Shown here piece by piece: positions 45,818 through 51,553 of a stretch of DNA of 64,000 bases. The DNA is from Comamonadaceae bacterium. Lineage in GTDB: Bacteria > Pseudomonadota > Gammaproteobacteria > Burkholderiales > Burkholderiaceae_C. The notes beneath the pieces are model-generated. The model saw only the letters and a list, made by a program, of their open reading frames with translations, did no database searches and was not told the origin of the DNA. Each line of letters starts with the position of its first letter. The stretch's first letter is position 1. The stretch covers positions 2,397 through 66,396 of the forward strand of contig JANOPN010000198.1 of NCBI GenBank assembly GCA_031421855.1. The letters are read 5' to 3'. Made by a program: the position numbers and the translations under genes.

Positions 45818-46840
45818 TCACAAGCTGACCCGGTTCTCGGTCAGGTAGAACCACTCATTTCCCGGCAATGCGTTGGCATCAGGGAACAAAATTCGGCCGC
45901 TGATTGGGGAGCGCACTTCGGTGCCGTCTGCCCGGGTGCCAATCAAGTCACCCACGCTCAAACTGTCAAAACTGCCCCACGTGCGGACGAAGGTGTCGCC
46001 AGCGTCTAGCCGGTCAATGACGTCGATCATGCTGAGGTACTCGTAGCTTGCTACCGGCACGGGCGGCTGGGCGTCGCTGATGCCCAAATGTGCCAATGTG
46101 TTGCAAATGGCTTGGTACGCCACCTCGGGCGATTGCGGGTCGGCGTGCGAGCCGCACTCCAGCGTGATGGCGTAGCCGCCCATCGCTCGCATGTATTCGG
46201 TGGTGCCCACGCCGTAGCGCGAGTCGGTGTTCAGGGCTGCGCTTTTGCTGTCTTTGCCGCCGACACCGCCTTGGGCCATGCGTTGCGCTCTGCGCATCGT
46301 TCCTTGGGCATAAGTGTTGAGCCAACCATCCACAAAGCGGCCTACGCCCAACCGCAGCGCCATGGCACGCTCCGCTTTTTCGTGTGTAAACGACTGCAAC
46401 ACCCCGTTGTTGTCTCGTGGACCAATCATGGCAAACGCGGGGTTTTGCGCATGGGTTGAGTGGCAATCCAACAGCACATCGTGGGCAGCAAGCTGGGGGC
46501 ACAACCAGTTGGCGATGCCATCTTCAAAGTCTTGCGCTTGATCCGTTGGGAACAGGTTGCGGTTGAGGTTGCGGTCACCCACACGCACCCCGCGCGCATA
46601 CGCCAAAGGGTTCGTTACTGGAACCAAGGTCAACATCCCGGCGCGAATGCGAATGGCTCCGCGCTCAATGTCAGCCATGACGCGGCGAATCGCGATGGGG
46701 CCACAGACCTCGTTGCCGTGCACCGCGCCCGTGACGATCAAACTAAGCCCCGGGCGCTGCCCGTGAAACTGGTGCGACGCGAAATGCAACGCAGCGGCAT
46801 CGATCGGCAAGCCTGCCGGCGTGGTGTATGGAGTGGTCAT
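45818..46840 (-). CDS. Succinylglutamate desuccinylase/aspartoacylase (AstE/AspA) family zinc hydrolase
   Basis: LIVTGAVHGNEVCGP zinc-binding HxxE motif, plus a later His (LLDCHSTH). ATG 46840 preferred over TTG 46846. Confidence 0.72.
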   Translation of the reverse strand: MTTPYTTPAGLPIDAAALHFASHQFHGQRPGLSLIVTGAVHGNEVCGPIAIRRVMADIERGAIRIRAGMLTLVPVTNPLAYARGVRVGDRNLNRNLFPTDQAQDFEDGIANWLCPQLAAHDVLLDCHSTHAQNPAFAMIGPRDNNGVLQSFTHEKAERAMALRLGVGRFVDGWLNTYAQGTMRRAQRMAQGGVGGKDSKSAALNTDSRYGVGTTEYMRAMGGYAITLECGSHADPQSPEVAYQAICNTLAHLGISDAQPPVPVASYEYLSMIDVIDRLDAGDTFVRTWGSFDSLSVGDLIGTRADGTEVRSPISGRILFPDANALPGNEWFYLTENRVSL

Positions 46841-46875
46841 GACCAATTTGGGCGCGCTTGCACCCGTTGAAGATG

Positions 46876-46940
46876 TTCAAAAATAGTAGCAACGAACTCA
46901 ATAGATTTCGAGACCAATGGCCAAAAATCCATCAAAAACA
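46876..46940 (+). repeat. Family-A interspersed repeat, copy 10 (core 46886-46920)
   Basis: TTCAAAAATAGTAGCAACGAACTCAATAGATTTCGAGACCAATGGCCAAAAATCCATCAAAAAC. Confidence 0.85.
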
Positions 46941-46944
46941 CGCT

Positions 46945-47196
46945 TCAATGCTCGTGACGCATACCGCAGTGCTTGCCGATGGCCAGCCCTTTGCAGGCGG
47001 TTTGCAACTCAGCCTGACACACATCGTGTTTTTTGCCGCTTTCAAGGCACTTGGCTGCGGCTTCGTGCGCAGCAGCCATGGCGCGGTGGCGGGCGATATC
47101 GGCTTTGGTTTCTTTGTCGCCGTGCGGTGCGGCCCCGGCGGCCAATGCAAGCAGGGCCAAGCTGGTGGCGATGATGAGGGTGCGGGAGAAATTCAT
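46945..47196 (-). CDS. Small secreted Cys/His-rich protein (83 aa), possible metal-binding protein
   Basis: Signal peptide MNFSRTLIIATSLALLALAAGAA. Mature part has 4 Cys, several His and a C-terminal GKHCGMRHEH. No family recognised. Confidence 0.55.
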   Translation of the reverse strand: MNFSRTLIIATSLALLALAAGAAPHGDKETKADIARHRAMAAAHEAAAKCLESGKKHDVCQAELQTACKGLAIGKHCGMRHEH

Positions 47197-47228
47197 ATTT
47201 GTTCAGTGAGTTGATGGTTAGGCTTGGT

Positions 47229-47795
47229 TCAGCGCCCCAAGCCCCAGCCTTGTTGTGCTGCGGTGGCTTCAAGGCTGGAGATGCGCGCAGCTGCATTGTC
47301 GCGCGCAAGTTGGGCTGTTGCGGCATCGCGGCGCGCACCTGCACGGTCAGCGGTCGGCTTTTTATCGTCGCTGGCGATCGCTTGGGCTTTGCGCACGGCG
47401 TTTTCGGCACGGCTCAAATCATCGTCCGCAGTTTTGAGCACGCGGCCCATGTCATGGGCTCGCAAAAAATCGAAATCAAGCGGCGGCGTGCAAATGTTTT
47501 GGTGATTTGCGCCCTCACGGCCCAATTTGAGCGCGTTGCGCGGCGCGCAGTAGGCGGCAAACCCGCCGCCCCAAGCCTGCTCGAAGGCCGCCTGGTTGAC
47601 GGCAAAACCGGCGACCGCACATTCGCGCGACGCCCGACTCCAGCTGCTGGCCAGTGGCTCGCCGCGCGCAACCGCTCGCGCGCCCGAACGAGCCCAGTCC
47701 GTGTTGGCGCATTCAGCGGCCGTTTTGGGTGCACTTTCGCAACCCGCCACGAAAACAGTGGCGGCCGCCAACGCGCAAAAACTCAATCGATTCAT
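47229..47795 (-). CDS. DUF2799-like lipoprotein
   Basis: Lipobox ATVFVAGC. Repeated C..(T)DW...G.....G and C motifs recalled from DUF2799. C-terminal coiled-coil-like Ala/Arg-rich segment. Confidence 0.6.
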   Translation of the reverse strand: MNRLSFCALAAATVFVAGCESAPKTAAECANTDWARSGARAVARGEPLASSWSRASRECAVAGFAVNQAAFEQAWGGGFAAYCAPRNALKLGREGANHQNICTPPLDFDFLRAHDMGRVLKTADDDLSRAENAVRKAQAIASDDKKPTADRAGARRDAATAQLARDNAAARISSLEATAAQQGWGLGR

Positions 47796-47817
47796 TGCCC
47801 AAACCCTTAAAAATCTA

Positions 47818-47847
47818 TTTTCACCAAGCAAGCGCTTGCTAAAATAA
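47818..47847. promoter_or_regulatory. Candidate TetR operator: perfect 14-bp palindrome AGCAAGCGCTTGCT (47827-47840) in an A/T-rich frame
   Basis: 24-50 nt upstream of the TetR ATG at 47871. 14 nt (CCAAGCAAGCGCTT) plus flanks recur at 62522-62550. Confidence 0.55.
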
Positions 47848-47870
47848 AACCATTCTGATATGGTTCATCC

Positions 47871-48629
47871 ATGCCCCGCGACCCTGACCCCGACCTCAAA
47901 CCCGATGCACCCGATGCACCCGATGCACCCGACGAGCCCGCTGTGCCCAGCGCACGCGCCCGGGGACGTCCGCGCAAAACCTTGAGCGAGCGCGACGACG
48001 GCAATCGCCGCATGGGGTTGATTGAGGCAGCAGCCAAATTGTTCCGCCAAAAAGGCTTTGCTGCAACCGCAACCCGAGACATCGCGTCAGCCGTCGGCAT
48101 GCGCAGCGGCAGCCCGTTTTACCACTTCAAAAGCAAAGACGATTTGCTGGCCGCCGTGATGGAACAAGGCATGACAAGGGCCATTGAAAGCCAGCAGTTG
48201 CGACTGAGTTCACTCCTAAATAGTGAGCAACAAACCCAACAGATTCGGAGACCAAGTGCTGATTTCACGTCAAAAGTGCTGCAAATCTTGGTTCGCAACC
48301 ATTTTGAGGTGCTGGTAGGCCCCGGCAGCGACTTCATACCGGTCATGTTGTACGAATGGCGCTCATTGGGCGACGATGCGCGGGCGCGGGTTCAGGCCTT
48401 GCAAACCCAATACGAGGCCGCTTGGCGACCCGTTTTGTCGGTCCTGCACGCCTCGGGGCGGCTGCGCGGGGATGAAAAACTGGCGCGACTGCTCATTTTT
48501 GGCGCCCTGAACTGGACGGCACAGTGGTATCGAATGGGTGATGCAGGCAACCCCGGTGTCGCCACGCTTGACGAGCTTACCGACAGCGCATTGGCCCTGT
48601 TCCTACACGACCTTGCGCCCGCCAAATAG
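47871..48629 (+). CDS. TetR-family transcriptional regulator (AtuR-like position) carrying an in-frame family-A repeat insertion
   Basis: HTH region LIEAAAKLFRQKGFAATATRDIASAVGMRSGSPFYHFKSKDDLL. 252 aa, longer than the usual ~200 aa because of a Pro/Asp-rich N-terminal tail and a ~20-aa insert. Confidence 0.85.
   Translation: MPRDPDPDLKPDAPDAPDAPDEPAVPSARARGRPRKTLSERDDGNRRMGLIEAAAKLFRQKGFAATATRDIASAVGMRSGSPFYHFKSKDDLLAAVMEQGMTRAIESQQLRLSSLLNSEQQTQQIRRPSADFTSKVLQILVRNHFEVLVGPGSDFIPVMLYEWRSLGDDARARVQALQTQYEAAWRPVLSVLHASGRLRGDEKLARLLIFGALNWTAQWYRMGDAGNPGVATLDELTDSALALFLHDLAPAK
47901..47933 (+). repeat. 9-bp tandem repeat CCCGATGCA x3 (plus a partial unit) encoding PDA-PDA-PDA
   Basis: Direct reading. 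Lies in the N-terminal tail of the TetR gene. Confidence 0.9.
48215..48275 (+). repeat. Family-A interspersed repeat, copy 11, inside the TetR CDS (core 48223-48258)
   Basis: AAATAGTGAGCAACAAACCCAACAGATTCGGAGACCAAGTGCTGATTTCACGTCAAAAGTG, translated in frame as NSEQQTQQIRRPSADFTSK. Confidence 0.85.
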
Positions 48630-48653
48630 ACTGATTCAGGACACCATCACCCC

Positions 48654-50336
48654 ATGACCGCCAGCTTTCAACCCAGCTTCAACACGTCCAGCCCCACCGC
48701 GCTGGCTCGCGCAACCGCGATGCGCGCCAAGGTCGAGTCGCTCAGGGCGCTAGAGGCCCGCGCGACTTACGAGTCGAGCAAGTCACGCGCGACGTTTGAC
48801 AAGCGCGGCCAGTTGCTGCCGCGTGACCGAGTGGCCTTGCTGATCGATCCGCACACACCGTGGTTGCCACTGATGAGCTTGGTCGGCTACGGGCTTGACG
48901 TGGAAACCAGCAACGACCCTGTCGCCCAGGCCAAGGCCCTGTCGCAGTCGATCCCCGGCGGCGGCATGGTCGCAGGCATTGGATTCATCAGCGGGGTGCG
49001 GTGCATGGTGAGTGCGAGCGACTCCGGCATTGAGGCCGGTGCCATCCAAGCAGGTGGCCTACAAAAAATCCTTCGCGTGCAAGAAATCGCGCTACAAAAC
49101 AAACTGCCATTCATCCATTTGGTTGAAAGCGCAGGGGCCAATTTGCTTCGCTACCGGGTTGATGGCTTTGTGCAAGGCGGCGCACTGTTTCGCAATCTGG
49201 CGCGCTTGTCGGCGGCTGGCATCCCGGTGTTGACGATTCAGCATGGCTCAGGCACAGCAGGCGGCGCGTACATGCCGGGCTTGAGTGACGCGGTGATCAT
49301 GGTCGAGGGGCGATCAAGGGCGTTTTTGGCCGGCCCCCCCTTGCTCAAGGCCGCAACTGGCGAGATTGCAGGAGAGGAAGAGCTGGGCGGCGCATTCATG
49401 CACGCCAGCGTCTCAGGCTTGGGCGAGGCTTTGGTGGCAGACGACCGCGAAGCCATTGGCCTGGCACGTGCCTGGGTGGCTCAATGGGAGCATTTCAAGC
49501 CAAATTTGATGCCAAATATGGCCTTGGTCACCGAATCTATTGAGTTTACTGCTACTAATAGCATAGCAAGTGACGACATGCTCGCGCTGATGCCGTCACA
49601 CTACGCCGAGCCGGTTGACATGCGCGAAGTGATGCATCGGCTGGTTGACTTGCAGCTGTTTGAGTTCAAAGCCCTTTATGGCGCGGCGACCATTTGCGCT
49701 CAAGGCCAGATTGGCGGACACAGCGTGGGCTTCATCAGCAACAACGGCCCAATCGACGTGGCCGGTGCCAACAAGGCCACCCATTTCATCCAGCACATGT
49801 GCCAACTGGGGCACCCCATCATCTACTTGCAAAACACCACCGGCTACATGGTGGGTGTGGCCAGTGAGCAGGCTGGCATGATCAAGCACGGCAGCAAAAT
49901 GATCCAAGCGGTGACGAACGCCAGCGTGCCCCAAATCACCATCCAGTGCGGCGCCAGTTTTGGAGCAGGCAACTACGGCATGTGCGGCCGGGCGTTTGAG
50001 CCCCGTTTTTTGTTCAGCTGGCCCGGCGCACAAACCGCCGTCATGGGCGGTGAGCAAGCGGCTGGCACCATGCGCGAAGTCGTCATGGGCGCGTTTGCCA
50101 AGCGCGGCCTCACCCCAAGCCCCGAGCAAAGCGCGAAATTTGAAGCCCAAGAGCGCGCCATCGTGGCCTTGTTTGCAGCGCAGCAAGATGGGTTTATCAC
50201 CAGCGGCATGGGCTTGGACGACGGCGTGATCGACCCCCGAGACACCCGCGCGACGCTGATCGAATGCTTGGACATGTGCGCCCAGGCCGCCACCCGACAA
50301 CTTCGCCCCACGTCGTTTGGCGTGGCGCGCATGTGA
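48654..50336 (+). CDS. Acyl-CoA carboxylase carboxyltransferase (beta) subunit, methylcrotonyl-/geranyl-CoA carboxylase type, carrying an in-frame family-A repeat insertion
   Basis: Two crotonase-like CT halves: GGMVAGIGFISGV...; NKATHFIQHMCQLGHPIIYLQNTTGYMVG; GASFGAGNYGMCGRAF. 560 aa. Confidence 0.88.
   Translation: MTASFQPSFNTSSPTALARATAMRAKVESLRALEARATYESSKSRATFDKRGQLLPRDRVALLIDPHTPWLPLMSLVGYGLDVETSNDPVAQAKALSQSIPGGGMVAGIGFISGVRCMVSASDSGIEAGAIQAGGLQKILRVQEIALQNKLPFIHLVESAGANLLRYRVDGFVQGGALFRNLARLSAAGIPVLTIQHGSGTAGGAYMPGLSDAVIMVEGRSRAFLAGPPLLKAATGEIAGEEELGGAFMHASVSGLGEALVADDREAIGLARAWVAQWEHFKPNLMPNMALVTESIEFTATNSIASDDMLALMPSHYAEPVDMREVMHRLVDLQLFEFKALYGAATICAQGQIGGHSVGFISNNGPIDVAGANKATHFIQHMCQLGHPIIYLQNTTGYMVGVASEQAGMIKHGSKMIQAVTNASVPQITIQCGASFGAGNYGMCGRAFEPRFLFSWPGAQTAVMGGEQAAGTMREVVMGAFAKRGLTPSPEQSAKFEAQERAIVALFAAQQDGFITSGMGLDDGVIDPRDTRATLIECLDMCAQAATRQLRPTSFGVARM
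49505..49567 (-). repeat. Family-A interspersed repeat, copy 12, inside the carboxyltransferase CDS (core 49522-49556)
   Basis: Plus strand reads GCCTTGGTCACCGAATCTATTGAGTTTACTGCTACTAATAGC, the reverse complement of the family core. Translated in frame as ALVTESIEFTATNS. Confidence 0.85.
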
Positions 50337-50362
50337 TTTTTGCCATTTTTTAGGAGCCCACC

Positions 50363-51553
50363 ATGAAGTTCACCGAAGACCACCGAGCCATGCAGCGCAC
50401 GCTTGAGCGGTTCATTGACAACGAGATCAACCCCCATGTCGACGAATGGGAAGCCGCCGAGATATTCCCAGCCCACGAGCTGTTCAAGAAAATGGGCGAT
50501 TTGGGCCTTTTGGGGCTCACCAAGCCCGAAGCCTACGGCGGAAGCGGGCTTGACTACTCGTTCTCAGTCGCGATGGCCGAGACCTTGGGGCACATCAAAT
50601 GCGGCGCAATCCCGATGGCGATTGGCGTACAGACCGACATGTGCACACCCGCGCTGGCCAAATTTGGCTCTGATGCGCTGCGCGAGCAATTCCTCAAACC
50701 CGCCATCGCCGGCGACATGGTGGGCTGCATCGGCGTGAGCGAGCCCGGCGCGGGCAGCGACGTGGCCAGCATCAAGACCTACGCAAAAAAGGACGGTGAC
50801 GACTACGTGATCTCGGGTCAAAAAATGTGGATCACCAACAGCTTGCAAGCCGATTGGATGTGCATGCTGGTCAACACCGCGCCCGTCGAAGAAAAAGGCG
50901 TGCACAAGAACAAGAGTTTGATCATGGTGCCGATGCGCGACGGCAAAAACGGCACCCTGACCAAAGGCATCGAAGTCGCCAAAAAGATCCGCAAAATCGG
51001 CATGAACGCCAGCGACACCGGCCTGATCTACTTTGACGAGGTGCGGGTTCCCCAGGCGTATTTGCTGGGCAAAGAAGGCGCGGGCTTCAGCTACCAGATG
51101 CAACAGTTCCAAGAAGAGCGCCTGTGGGCAATGGCCAGCTGCATTCAGGGCCTCACCAACTGCATCGAATGGACGATCGAGTGGGCGCAGTCGCGCAAAG
51201 TCTCGGGGGGCGCACTGGCTGACCAGCAATGGGTGCAGTTCAAACTCGGCGAAATGATGACCGAGGTTGAATGTTTGCGAGCGCTTACTTACCGGGCGTG
51301 TGAGCTGTACACGAGCGGCGAGGACGTCACCATGCTGGCCAGCATGGGCAAGCTAAAAGCTGGTCGCATGAACCACGACATCCCCCACGGTTGCCTTCAG
51401 TTTTGGGGTGGCATGGGCTACACCTGGGACAACCCGGTGAGCCGCATGTACCGCGACGGCCGTTTGGCCTCCATTGGCGGCGGCGCAGACGAGGTCATGC
51501 TGGGCATCATTGCCAAAATCGCTGGCATTGCTAAGCAGCGGTTACCGGGATGA
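50363..51553 (+). CDS. Acyl-CoA dehydrogenase (isovaleryl-/citronellyl-CoA dehydrogenase-like)
   Basis: GCIGVSEPGAGSDVASI, ITNS, and the C-terminal QFWGGMGY...YRDGRLASIGGGADEV ACAD pattern. TAGGAG SD. Confidence 0.88.
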   Translation: MKFTEDHRAMQRTLERFIDNEINPHVDEWEAAEIFPAHELFKKMGDLGLLGLTKPEAYGGSGLDYSFSVAMAETLGHIKCGAIPMAIGVQTDMCTPALAKFGSDALREQFLKPAIAGDMVGCIGVSEPGAGSDVASIKTYAKKDGDDYVISGQKMWITNSLQADWMCMLVNTAPVEEKGVHKNKSLIMVPMRDGKNGTLTKGIEVAKKIRKIGMNASDTGLIYFDEVRVPQAYLLGKEGAGFSYQMQQFQEERLWAMASCIQGLTNCIEWTIEWAQSRKVSGGALADQQWVQFKLGEMMTEVECLRALTYRACELYTSGEDVTMLASMGKLKAGRMNHDIPHGCLQFWGGMGYTWDNPVSRMYRDGRLASIGGGADEVMLGIIAKIAGIAKQRLPG

